The notes under the pieces: generated by a model | What the model was told of the DNA's origin: nothing | Seen by the model: the letters and a program-made list of their open reading frames with translations, nothing else | The model's database searches: none | Made by a program: the position numbers and the translations under genes | Assembly: GCA_000934665.2 (NCBI GenBank) | Contig: KZ538632.1 | Location: forward strand, 1 to 57,429 | Reading direction: 5' to 3' | Length of the DNA: 57,429 nt | Origin: Catajapyx aquilonaris | Lineage: Eukaryota | In this document: positions 26,861 through 39,629 of the stretch, piece after piece | How the letters are laid out: every line of letters starts with the position of its first letter | How positions within the stretch are numbered: the stretch's first letter is position 1

Positions 26861-27575
26861 TGGCCAATAGTGAAATATTCTTCCCCTTGCAAATGAACTT
26901 GTGGCATAATTCTCTTCGTCGTAGTCCAGCCAAAGCCCTATATCGCAAAGAGGAGCCGCAGAATTACCGTCCAACTCGCCCCGAAGGCGTTTTCCCATCG
27001 ACCACTTCGGTGGCATAATCACCACCCCGCCCACTTGTTCCCCTCATTCCACCTCGACAAATTGGCTGCAGGTGCCTTCTCTAATATCAACCACCCTCCT
27101 ATCCACTCACCCCATCCTCCTCCAACTCAACAAGAAAAAGAATTAAATTAATGATCGACTTCTTTCACCCAGAGAAGTGCCATCCTTTCGCTTTGTCCTA
27201 CCTCTCTCTCTCCCTTTGGACGGGTAAAAGGAGTTACCTGATATCTTGATTCCCTTGACCAAACCCGAACAAGACATGGAATATTGACTCATTCGGTCCG
27301 GATTGAGACAACTGATAAAGTACTTCTGAACCTGTAATCAGTGACTCGTAATTATGAAACAAACAACTCATCACGACGCAGGTGACGCAAGTTACAAACA
27401 ATACAAGCTCAGTAAACCTTAAAAAAACAATCGAATCATAAAATTAGCCTGTTTCCAAATATGTGGAGATATGTTAAGCCATTAAACATTAATTAATTCA
27501 TTACACTATCCGATGAAAAGATAAGATGGCAGATAGGAGAGGCTTCCTGGCTGATCACGTGATCCGACGCCCTCC

Positions 27576-27645
27576 CATTGGCTGCTCCCAGGCGTTGCTC
27601 TCTGGCATTGGCTGCTCCCAGGAGTTGCTCTCTGCCATTGGCTGA
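27576..27645. repeat. 30-bp tandem repeat (about 2.3 copies), each unit carrying a CCAAT box on the - strand
   Basis: cattggctg at 27576, 27606 and 27636; the first two units are nearly identical. Confidence 0.85.
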
Positions 27646-30600
27646 TCTGGCAACTAAGCCAGTTTCTCTGCCAAGCAATTGTAACAATTTTAAAAATAAC
27701 AGCCAGATCCGAATATCAAGTTAGAGCGTCACTGCAACAGAGCGCAATAAATTATTGCAGCATTAGTCATAATTTTAGGTGCTTCTGGGCAAGTAAACAG
27801 CGATCGGTCAGGATTTTGCCACCTGAGTGCATACGGCGGTTCATATTATGACAATTAAACGGAAATGCTTGCCCCCAGCCGTTATTCCTCATTCATTGTT
27901 ATTTTTAGTAGCTAATGCCACTTTTATAGCCGCTTATCAGAATCGGTAATGCCGTTCAAATTATACGCTTTCACCTCGCAGCTTCCGATCAGGCAACCGC
28001 AAAATATACTGTACCGTACTCATACGTAGTAACTGGAAGGGTTATGAACCATGAATGATGGATCATATTAAGCATGAAAATCTAAATGACACAAGCCGTC
28101 TGGTTTCTGAACCATTTAGCATATACACAGAGAGTAAGATTGCAAATGTATACATTTACACATTCGAGTAACAGGGTGGGTCAATATCCCTTCCAGAGCA
28201 TTTAATTTGGTATCATTATGAGACAACCTGTGCATTCACCTTTCCTATAATCAGGATTTTAAAAAAAATTTATTTTACATCCATCACAGTACTACTTTAG
28301 ACTACACACACACACACATGCTCCGAGCAACAATATCTCACGACCCATTATTGTCCATGTCCGACATATTGTTCTGCGTCGAGCAAAAGATTGCGTGCAA
28401 AATTCGCACTCCCATGATAAATCATCTTCCTTTCTCAGTACACTCCAGGTTGTAAAGTAGTTAACAAAAAACGATAATACACAGCAAGAAGGAAGAACAA
28501 GGTGGAAAAAAAAAAATCATGTTCCTTTTGAGAAGAAGGAAGCCCACATTTTGCAGGATGGGTAATTACCACTCGGGCCCGCTTTGCGAAACTGTCTTCG
28601 GAGGGCAATAAATTCGCGCTCTGGCGAACCTCACCGTCCCTTGAAATGAGCGCTAAAAAGCTACCCTCGTTTTCTTAACTGCTAGACCACGTATTACACA
28701 CCGCACACTACTGCAAAGGTTACACAATCTAGGTGTGGACGGAACTCTGGTTCTTGCATTTAAATAATTACTGTGAGATCAAACCGGTTCCGGGTTCGAC
28801 CCCACGAGAAATCAGCCACAGTGAATATATCGCATTTCTTTAAAAAAAATATTGAATCAACAATAATAACTAGCAATTATTATAGCCATAAATTTATTAG
28901 TCCACATGTTCATCCAAGCTCATCCTTTTCACTCCTGTCCAGTTAACAAGATCGTGGACACTGAAACAAAAAGTGGACTGACCCAACCTCTCGTAAGTCA
29001 CCAACTGGTTGTAAGACATCCCCGATTTTCATGAGAAAGAGAAACTGCCCATATTTTTTTTCCTTCAGTTTCGCTTCTCCCAATTTGCTTTTTTTTATTA
29101 TTTGCGAATATGAAGAAAGTAGGTTGGAGTAGTGTCCGCTTGACCATTCTGAGAAATGTTGCGTCCTTCGATTCCCTAAAGAATGTGAGTGGTCGCCCCC
29201 CCCTCCCCCCCCCAAAAAAAAAAACATCTAAGCGGACAGATCAATATGTCCCATTGACCTTTGCTTGGTCACTGGCGCCTTTCGTGCCACCTTTGCAATT
29301 TTCTTGTTAACTGTAATTGAAATTTCTGCACCAATTCCTCTTTTTTTTGAAAAATATATGACATTACGGAAAAGGTCACAAATTAGCAGGATTGTCCTGT
29401 ACATTTTACACACCACAAACAAAACAATCCAACCGCCATATTTTATATGGGGGATTTAACAGATTAATATCATATACAGTGGCTGGCAATCATTGATCGA
29501 GTTCATACGCATAAAATTTGTTCAACATTCCATATTAATAAATACATCTGCATGGGACACAACACCCAAGCATTTAAATAGCATCCAACACAATGCTGTC
29601 AAATGTATTACTCACCAACCCCTTTTTCCCCCATCATGCTATTTAGGGTATACCCTCCCCTCCACAATACTAACCCCTAACGCAATTCGCAAAGGCAGTA
29701 GATATGATAATTGTGAGAATGTGCGCATATAATGTCCATTATGATGAGGCCATTAGATAAACACATCCCCGCTGGGCACCCGAAAGCAAAGTTTGCTCTT
29801 TCCGCGTTTCGGTATGCATGAAGAAGCAAAGGGATTTTGTGCAAGAGAATGCACATTTTCAAGGGTGGCTCGCCTGCGATACAGGTGTGTGCCCATCCTG
29901 TCAAATTAGGCTCATTTGGGACCTCTTTATGCCAGCGAGTTTTAGAACCATTTCGGTTGCAGAAGGTACTAATTGCATTTAAATTAAGCGGTTCTACTGG
30001 GTGTTACAGAACGGGGATGACAAAAGGCTAGCCAATATGAAAAAAAAATAATTGAAGGAAATCATATTAAAATTCTTCGTTGTATGTCCCGTTCTGCATA
30101 TGCGTAATGGGAGTAGGCAGCGCCTCTGGTGGATGAAAGGAGGAACTACTCGCTCATAGTTTAAAATGGTCTCACATATGTAATTAATTTCGCGCTTTTC
30201 TTACAGTATGGAATAAGTGGGCCAACATATTCCCATTCTATGCAGTAATTTCCTCACAACAACACATTCACATTATGAACGACTCCTAAGTACAGTGCCT
30301 CTGGAGGTTGTAGTCTATACAGTGAATAATTGATGCTGCGGACGTGCCAGTTTTCAGGAGAAAAAAAACTGGACATATTTAAATGATGATTAAAATTTAA
30401 ACTACTCGGAAAAGCAGGCCCTATTTATGCCAACTTGGGGCCAACAAGCTATATTCGTCAAGCAAAAATGTTCAAGCCACACAGGAACTGTTGTGCAAAA
30501 AATAGGCCTATCATAAAAGCTACTCTGGTCCATTCATGTAAGCTTGTACAGTATTCTTACTGCAGTTGCTGCTGTGAATCAAAAGGTTGCCCTCGTCCTT

Positions 30601-32781
30601 TTAAAGAATTAAAAGCAGAAAAACCGAGTACATTGTGACTGTATGCAGTACACCAGCTGAAAAGTCGGCCATCAGATGTAGCATTTTTATACTTCAAAAT
30701 TAACTACTGCATATACACGTCTACACCATATCAGGAGGCGAATTTTAAAATTTATGTCCATATGCAAAATTTGCACTCCAGACCTTAATCTGGAGTGCAA
30801 ATCGCTTACTTGGAGTGCTTAATTTTTAATTACTGGGTATAGCCATGTTTAAAAGCAGAGCCAATTGGAGTGCAAACTTCGCACTCCAAGGCTCAGTTTG
30901 GAGTGCAGATCACAATTTTGGAATGCAAATTGGCACCTTTGCATCCGAATATTTCGACCCCTGCCATATCGTCGGCATACAAGTGAAACTCCACTAATCC
31001 AAAAAACCAGTTTTGGTAATCGAAGGCAAAGACTTGACCTTGCACTTGTTTACATGCCCGTAATGACAAAAAAAAATCCTGGATTTCTGGCTCGTAACGA
31101 ATCTTTTGGACTACATACTCAAATAATTATTGGCACTTTGACCCACCCATCGGCCAATGAACTGTTAATATCTAATCCATAATCCACCCAATAGCCCACC
31201 CACTCCTTTTTTGCCTTCAATTGTAACAATAGCGTCCGTTTCACCCCCATATTAGTCATATAGTATTAGTCCACAAGTCATCTCATAACTTCATCAGATT
31301 CGCTCTCCTTTCCCCATAATAGGCCTTCTAGATGAAAGTGGAAGGGCGAGGTTCATCTACTTTTTTTCTTCTTCTTCTCTCTCTCTTTCTCCACACCAAA
31401 CACATTGTTACCAGCATCTCCCTCCCCCCTTGATGGAAAGTCTGGTGTTACAGAGGCAAAACTCTCCGACCACCTCATTTCCCTTTCTTCTCAGGTAGAC
31501 ACAGGGGTCCACGCCCCTCTGGAAAAAGAGCTCCACCCTACCAGATTCCAAAGAGGACCCTGAGGCCAAACTTCGCCACTTCCTGTTTCCTGCGAATATT
31601 GACCCAATTTTAGGGACTGACTCGACACCTGGAGGGCTACCTGCCCAGGTGGGCTTAAAAAAAGAATCAAGAGATGTCCGAGAGAAAGATGTGTGTGGAC
31701 AACCAGGCAGCCACTCCCATGGTATACGAGCAGACTCATCGGTGTTAATGAGTGTGATGCAATTATTGCAGTAATCGATTCCTCATTGCGAAATAGGACT
31801 GACTTCTTAGAATGATTGTCCAGTGGAATTCAACCATGGCGAATGTTTGATATGTCGCAAGCTTTCATAGCACTTGATAATTGATATCCTTTTTAAAAAA
31901 TCCTAAGGCCTACCCAAGAATGTATTCAACAATTGCAATGATGACATTTCACAGGACTGCTTGGGAATATCAGGATCAGTTAAATTTTTAACTCGCTATA
32001 TACACAAACTATTGTTAATTTATTATACCCTAATTCCACATTCATTTTGGTCAGTCTTCATAGGGGCACCACCCTGTCTTTTACATTGCGACATACCATT
32101 GCGACATTTACTTCAAACGGAGGTTTTCCGGAAATTGCACTTCATTGTTCCGGCAACACAATGAAGTAAATTTTTTTTTAAAATACATAGCGCACAATTG
32201 AGATTTTCGGCATTGCGCAGGTCCTATTCATCAAGACTGAAATGGAGCAAATACTATGGAAATATCCAATTGGCGTGAAATTTAAAATGTATAACTCGTT
32301 CAGTACACTGCTGCACTGGTTTCAAAACTGAAGATATTGGCACACAATTCGTGAAAAAAGTGTAAGTATAATTATGACTTTATAATATATCATAATATTC
32401 TAATAATTTCTGCATAAATCTAGCGTTCCAAGTATATTCTATTTGCGCCCATGTTTATAGCACAAGTACATCATTCCGAGACGTTAAGCTTGATGCGATA
32501 ATGAGTATGGTTTACCAGATTTAAACAATGGAAATTCATCAAGATGCAGGTCAACAAGGGCAGGTTTACTGTCTCAGAAATCCGCAAGTTACGAGCATGC
32601 AGAACCTGACAGGCCTGTGTGCAGAGGCAATATATTCGACCCATGACTTTTGCAGCAATTACCGTACATTACCTACCTCCTGCCTACAACGATCTACCTA
32701 ATAGAAAGTTGGCAATCCAGACACTAAAAATGCAATAAAATAGTGCAATTCATCGTGAAGGTCATCCCACGTAATTAAATG

Positions 32782-32855
32782 TGCAAATTATGTGTACCGG
32801 ACACCAGCAAGCGGATACCTATCCGCTTGCTGGTGTCTGGTACACATAATTTGCA
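32782..32855. repeat. Near-perfect 74-nt hairpin (36-bp arms, 2-nt spacer, one G:T mismatch)
   Basis: tgcaaattatgtgtaccggacaccagcaagcggata-cc-tatccgcttgctggtgtctggtacacataatttgca. Confidence 0.93.
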
Positions 32856-33607
32856 GTTGTACACATTATTTGCAGGTGTTAAGATGCAAAAATAATCAGC
32901 ACAGATCACAAAAAAATGGCATCCGTGGACTTTCTCAACATGTGCAGCGTGAGACATGATACCGGTCACACTCCAGGGCAGAAGTTTTCCATTTAGAAAA
33001 ATAACCTGGTCTCCCCACATAGAAGTACCCTGTGGCTTGGCAATGGCACCCTTATTCCAACTTTTCCCCGCCGCCTTAATCGTGACTAATTCACCGGGCT
33101 GACCCCGTCCAAGGGTGACCCAAACCAGCTACCCCGACCTCCCGACCTTCACCTGGCGACCGTGACATTGACTCTGTAAGTGAGCCACGGCTGACCTCCT
33201 TCAATTTTGCGGCTTAGGACCAACCCCAATTTTCCCATCCCCCTTCTGATCAAAGTTGAGCTACTTTTTTCCCCCAGTATGTGGATGCGCCACCTATCTC
33301 CTTTCCCTTTCGGAACTTCATATGAGGAGGGCTGACCAAGTCAAGGGTCATCCCTGTACCGTCCAAACTACACATACTCTCTCTAGAAGTGACCCACAAA
33401 GAACAAGTTGAGCAACAAAAAGTGGAAAGTAGCTCGGTCTTAGGGCCGCCCCTGCATCTACTCTCTTTTCTTTCTTTTCTCCCTCAAATGATCCTTTCTA
33501 GCCCTTCTTATGCACCATTGAGATGGGCCTCGTGTCACTTTTCCCTTCTCCAGTGGCCACACCTTCCCCCAATACTACCCCCCCATTCTGGTGTAGTCCA
33601 TTGAAAG

Positions 33608-33642
33608 TATATAAGTACCAGTCCACCACTTCAGTCCATAGT
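33608..33642 (+). promoter_or_regulatory. TATA box and initiator-like element of the cuticle-like gene
   Basis: TATATAAG at 33608-33615 and TCAGT (arthropod Inr consensus) at 33631-33635, about 55 nt upstream of the ATG at 33689. Confidence 0.7.
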
Positions 33643-33688
33643 AGGTGCGATACACACATACAGAAACCCTCATCATCCCCGATCAGTG

Positions 33689-33722
33689 ATGTTCCGACAC
33701 ATTTGCTTCGCTGCCCTTATGG
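33689..33722 (+). CDS. Exon 1 of the secreted modular cuticle-like protein (signal peptide start, MFRHICFAALM)
   Basis: ATG at 33689 and donor atgg|gtaagt (phase 1). Spliced to 34349 it reads MFRHICFAALMALAVA-EPP, a typical signal peptide. Confidence 0.85.
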
Positions 33723-34348
33723 GTAAGTACAACAGTGCACAGTGTACGCCACGCGCGGTGGCCATATTGGATACGCTCAGTGTGGATACAAACCCATCCG
33801 CGCTTTACCGTCACGGAACGTCAGTCAACGTTATACCAACGGAAGAAGGGAGTGGAAATGATAATTGAATAGTCGGTGAAATTAGTTTGATCAAAATACA
33901 AGGGCTTCCACTCCCCGGTGCGTTTTTGGTCTGATTAGCTTCCATTTATTTTACGCAATTAACAAAAAATGCAGCCATCCGACCACACGAATGGATTATG
34001 AAAGCACCGGCGTAATTATCACTGAAGGGCTCCACTGACTTCCACCCGACGGTTTTTAAAGTGCAGCATCACAACCGTGGCAAATTACTGGGATTGGAGC
34101 AGATTTTTTTTGGTGTGTGTGTGTGCTGTACCCCCGGATTAAACGTAGCCTCGTACAAGCTTTTAAAAACCGTGTATGGTAAGGCCCGCCGAAAAATTTC
34201 ACCGAGTGTGTGAAAGCCAGGACTACAATATTGTGCGGAATAATACCATCTAGATGTAGTTAGCTCACACAAATTAATTTGTCAGCGCAAATGACCTTCC
34301 TTATGCAACGAATGATCGTGACATTATCATGCCCGACCTTTCCTTCAG

Positions 34349-34660
34349 CTTTGGCCGTGGCCGAGCCACCGGCTCACGACGTAAAGCCACGAGGAGCACC
34401 TTACGGCTACAGCAACGGCTACAACAGCGGATACGGCGGAGGAGACTTCGGCTACAGCGGAGGCCACGGAGGCTACGGCGGATATGGTAGCGGAAACAGC
34501 AAAACCTATGGCTATGGCAACTACAAGGGGGCCTATCCAGGGGGCTATAAGGGTTACAGCTCTGGGGGCGGATATTCCAACGGGAAAAGTTATGGGGGTT
34601 ACGGGGGTTATGGAGGTTACGGAAGCGGCTTTGGTGGCGGTCATGGTCATCACTTGCATG
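34349..34660 (+). CDS. Exon 2: Gly/Tyr/Ser-rich block (GGYGGYG repeats) ending GHGHHLH
   Basis: Acceptor ctttccttcag| and donor catg|gtgagt; 312 nt, phase 1-1. Confidence 0.88.
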
Positions 34661-36065
34661 GTGAGTAAGGGTCGCCTACTGTGATGTCCTACTGCCGTCC
34701 ATGTTCACTAACCCATGTTGTTATCCACATGTGTACACCAGATGCATGCAAAACACATATCCTATATACAGGGTGTCTCATAGCTTGCTTCCTAAACACA
34801 TTTATGTCCGTACTGTAGCCGCCTGCAAACCTTACACCTTGGAGTTTTTTCATCCCCATAAAACTTGGCAATTCTGAAGACCGGGGCCCTTTTTAATTCG
34901 GATTCATCGATTCGAAACCGTGTAGGAAAAGGTAATAACCTTTTCGCCCTTTGGGGGAGAAGCACGGCAGGTTTTGAAGAAATCGATGAAAGTAGGGGGG
35001 GGGGGGGGAGACCTCAAGTAGGTCATGGATTTTCAAAAAAAAAATTAAATCGCCCCCCCCTCCCGCCCCCCACTATTTAAATCACCCCCTTCCTATAGGC
35101 AAATCATGGCAAATGGGGCCAGGTGTCATCAACCCATCAATTACAACCGCACTTTAATGATTCTAACATACACACAAGCTTTTTTACATGTTGGCGCTTA
35201 TGTTGATCGCTTTTTGCTTATCACGATAGGGTCAAATTTTTTTTTTGAAACCCCTTTTGGTTAGCACGCATTTCCTTAATTTTCTCGTGCAAACTGGGTA
35301 AATGAACTGGAAATTTTGCCTGCATCCACTCCATTGATATTTCACGTCATTCACATAATTTGCTATTTTCAAATTTTTCACGTTCATTAAATGCAAATAT
35401 TTCTCGGTAATGGCACACAGTATCAGGTAGCAAGTAAATGAAGAGTTTAATCGTGTAACACGTACCATGCATTTGTACGGGGTAGAGTGCGTAAAAACCC
35501 TATTTGATCCAAACTAATGAACATACCGTAACGTAATTTATGGGATTAATCACTGCAATTAGGTAAGAACTGATTCACTGTTACTGAAGTGCTCGTAACA
35601 TGCTGTAGCATACCTTTATAATACTTATACCTAAATATTTTTTTTGTAGAACTCCATTAATTATTTTATGCGATGCACCTGATTATGTAAATTCAATGAT
35701 ATTTTGAGCTTCTCAGCTCCATTTCACTGATTTTGTTTTAATAGTGTACTGCTCCTCCTAATATTAAATTCCCGTCATAATCGGAGCAGCTTGCAAAGAG
35801 TAATTAGTGGAGGCTCACGACTGATTAAAAAACCAGCTCAGTTTACTCAAAACTGCATTGCACCACCCCCAAAACCACCACTTTAACAATCAAGCTGTGA
35901 CAACACCTTGTCACAACACTTTTTTTAAGACCCATCGTTAAACTAAGAATTGCACGAGAGAGTTAATGTCTTCTGCGCTTCCACAACCCAGCTTATAAAA
36001 CCTTCCCCCCCCAAAAAAAACTACTGTCTGAGATAGTTTGGCTGTAATTCTCGTACCACCTGCAG

Positions 36066-36170
36066 GAATCCAGATCAGTCCCAACGCCTACAAAGTCCCT
36101 GTACCGGCCGTCACTTCCATCCATAAAACTTACGCGCCCGTCGCAGTGCCCCACATCACTAAATTTGAAG
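36066..36170 (+). CDS. Exon 3: Pro/Val-rich linker (GIQISPNAYKVPVPAVTSIHKTYAPVAVPHITKFE)
   Basis: Acceptor ccacctgcag| and donor gaag|gtaaag; 105 nt, phase 1-1, open. Composition matches exon 4. Confidence 0.8.
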
Positions 36171-36329
36171 GTAAAGATATGACGGACTTTACCTGAAATG
36201 AAACCAAGTCATACATTACGACGATGTAACATTCCCCTTTACTAACGGCGGACGGACTTAGCTGAAAGTAGTAGTAGTTGGTGGACCAGACTAGTTGGAC
36301 TTTAGTCACACCTGAATGCATCAATGGGT

Positions 36330-36449
36330 CTCAAATTGTTTTGGCCACTTTATCCTGGTATTGAAGCAACCCTTCACGCACCTCCTCACCGTGGGGCCTG
36401 TGCGAAGGGTTTCTTCAATACCAGGATAAAGTGGCCGAAACAATTTGAG
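36330..36449. repeat. 120-nt hairpin / miniature inverted repeat (46-bp arms, 2 mismatches) in intron 3 of the cuticle-like gene
   Basis: ctcaaattgttttggccactttatcctggtattgaagcaacccttc versus gaagggtttcttcaataccaggataaagtggccgaaacaatttgag. Confidence 0.9.
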
Positions 36450-38609
36450 CCCCGAGGCGCGATGGCCACCTCACATGAGGTCGTATCCTCCACATCTGTA
36501 CTGTACATACGCCTTGAGCATGTGCATGTACCATTTTTAAATCAATTTGACCACATAATCCGACAGATTCACTAGCTACCGTGTACACACTGTACGCCCC
36601 TGTAATATACAGCATTACCAGCCGGCTTTTGTTGATTGCCGCAATACATCACTGACACAACAACAGACGCCTCCGAAAATCACGCATGACCACATTCCAA
36701 CTTCTCGCAAACCTGATTCACTACTCCTTATGAAGGCAAGGACTCATTTGCAGCGCACGTGCTCATGTCACTTTTGGACGGGACATTTACTTTCCAGATG
36801 TACCGTCCCCGTACATCCGACTCTAAGGGTCGCGGTAATGGTATTAAAATGCACGCTATTTACTATTTCCATTAACATTCCAGCAGCATATTATTTATTT
36901 GCTTAATCCAAGGAACGGGAGGCGTGACACAGACCAGTTAAAGGTCGTGCCATACGGTGCCATTGACCAACCTTGTAAACATATTTCCAAAGGAAATTGG
37001 ATTTTCATCCTCAGAGGTGGTCAACCCGCGGTGCTTTTCGGAGAAACAAAGTTACCCGCCAGTTAGTTATTACGCTCGCAATAGGTCAAACCATTACAAT
37101 TTTAACTGGAATTATACATTTTAATAGGAGTATAACAAAAAGGGCTGCCAATTCGAGAATGATTGTTACCGCCCATATTAATATGCAGTTAAGTGCTGAC
37201 CATTTCTGTCGCGCAAATGAACCGTCATACTCCTGTATAAAATATGTGAAAATGCAATTTCATCATTGGTTAATGAGAATAGTTCAAAATCATAGCTCGT
37301 TTCGGTGAGCAACCAATGACAGGAATAGATACGCGATATTTAACCCGGAAGCAAACACCGGCGGCGGGTTAAGAATAGGCTATCAGTAGCAGTTATAAAT
37401 AGCTGCTTTTAAAATACAATACCGACTGATTTGTCCAGACCGGAACTGATATGCTGCGCTCTGTTAAACCTAATATGACCGCATATTCCTGAGCTTCACT
37501 GAGGTTGATCATTGCGTGTGATATTTTATAAAAATTTAATGGACACACTTGTAACCATCTTTACTGGCATCATATCACACTTCCCGTCTCACTTTGCAAG
37601 TACTGCTCTCCCACGAATGCCTCAAGCTCCGTTTACCTGACAACAAGATAAGAACTAAGAAGCATTGTCTCAAGACACATTTCCCGCGGTATATAAAAAA
37701 AATACGCTCAACACTGGTTATTTTGAAATAACCACCAGGAAGGTGACAGGAGCATCCATATTTCTCACTCTCGCTAGAAGTCCGGAAGACTAAACAATGA
37801 CAGGAGAAATCCGCCAGAAAATGTCACCAACCTTTTGCCACCGGAACTGTCAAGGAGTCATAACTTAGCTAGACACCACAAATTATAGTGTCGTTTCCGG
37901 TACAATAATTCATCAGTTAATAATTCTTGAAACTTAAAATATTATTTCAAAATACCAAAAAATGCCCTTGAAATATATTCAATCCATTTGATACAAACAA
38001 CAGGTTCCATTGTGCAGGTGCACCCCTGTTCGAGTCACGAGTTCAATTACCATGTCAATAATGACTAGATCCTATTCAATTGCGATTGGCAAGAAAGTTG
38101 GGTGCGTGCGTATCAGTCTGGCCTTTTTTGGTTGCACCACGAAACGCACCTTGGTAGTAGGTCAATGGCAGTTGAGAGGCAGGTCATGGAGCCAAGGAAG
38201 CGGAAAGACCAGATCGGCCAGAATTCTAGCTAAGCAATGACATGATGCCCTCGGTTTTCTCCGCGGATTCCCACTTTTTTTTTCGCAAGTTCTTCCTACA
38301 CTTTCTCAACCGGTGGTTAGTAACCTTCAAGTTTGAAAGTTAAGTATGGTCAGCATTCTTGTGGACGAACCCAATTGTCCGACGCACTCTTGACTGGACC
38401 AATGTTGACGTCACGGTACCAACGTGTGACGTAACCCCACAATTTTGATGGTCCACTATACCGAAGGTGTTCTCACTCATGTGTCACATCCCTTTAAAAA
38501 TCAAGAGTTCATACAATGTAGTATGTGCGAGTGAGTACCCCTTCGACTATACTAACAGCTTGTCATATCAGAATTATCCACATGCGCTGACCCAAAATGT
38601 CGCCAACAG

Positions 38610-38998
38610 TCCCCACCGTCAGCATCCCAGTGGTGAGCAAGACCCTCGAAACGGTTCCCATTATCCAGAAGCACGTGGTTCCCGTGGTCAGCAAAGAAGT
38701 GGTTCCCATTATCGAGAAGCAGGTTCAGCCATACCTGACCAAGCACCTTGTTAGCTATCAGAAGGAGCTGGTGCCGTACCTGCAGAAGCATGTGGTACCA
38801 GTCTTGAGCAAGGAAGTGGTGCCAGTGGTGGAGAAGAATGTCCAGCCATTCCTGACCAAGCATTTGGTCAGCTACCAGAAGGAGCTGGTGCCATACCTCC
38901 AGAAGCACGTGGTGCCCTATGCCACCAAAGAGGTCGTACCGCACATTGAGAAGCACGCGGTGCCCATCATCACCAAGTCACACCCGGTCATTGCTAAG
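38610..38998 (+). CDS. Exon 4: Val/Pro/Lys/His-rich block with a 39-aa tandem repeat
   Basis: Acceptor ccaacag| with an upstream gctgac branch-like motif, and donor aag|gtcagt; phase 1-0. The 117-nt repeat units start at 38666, 38783 and 38900 and show synonymous-type differences. Confidence 0.85.
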
Positions 38999-39629
38999 GT
39001 CAGTGTTCAACCTGTGCCATTTCCACTACTTTCTCTATACGCTTGACCCACTCTAAGTCATAAGCGGTGTAATACTCCTCAAATGTCATGACATCATTGG
39101 TGTTACGAAGCCATCCCACATCATGCATATTTAACATAAAATCTAGTTACTAAACATGCTTAATATGTTCAGAACGTCACAAGCTGCTCCAGTTAGTACT
39201 GTGACGCAAACGAGCATACTTTCCTTTGTTTCAAGCCCACATGTGTGCAGATCTACTGACATGCCAATTTTCCGCATACAAAACTGGCACGTCATACTTC
39301 CATGCAATATGTGATGTGCATGCCATGCTGTCACCAATAATTGTGCAAAACTTGATGACTGTATCAGGGTCTAACTTGCTTGTTTCTGATGCTAGTAATA
39401 ATCTAGCCCAGCGTTCGACACTGGTAAATTCTGATAGGACACTTGATCCAATATAATTTGGGTATTCATAGAAACACTGACGGCAACAAATCTCATTGGT
39501 GAATGATTTTCTTTAATCCATCACTTTCTGTATAACAACCATGTTACTCTTCCGAAAAAAAAAAAAAATCAAACTCTATAGCCGTATTACTACAACGCTG
39601 ACGTTGGTACTCATGCTGTCCAACTACAG

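Noticed and set aside
31495..31648. Exon-like segment bounded by AG and GT
   Set aside because: Stops in all three + frames and no recognisable protein.
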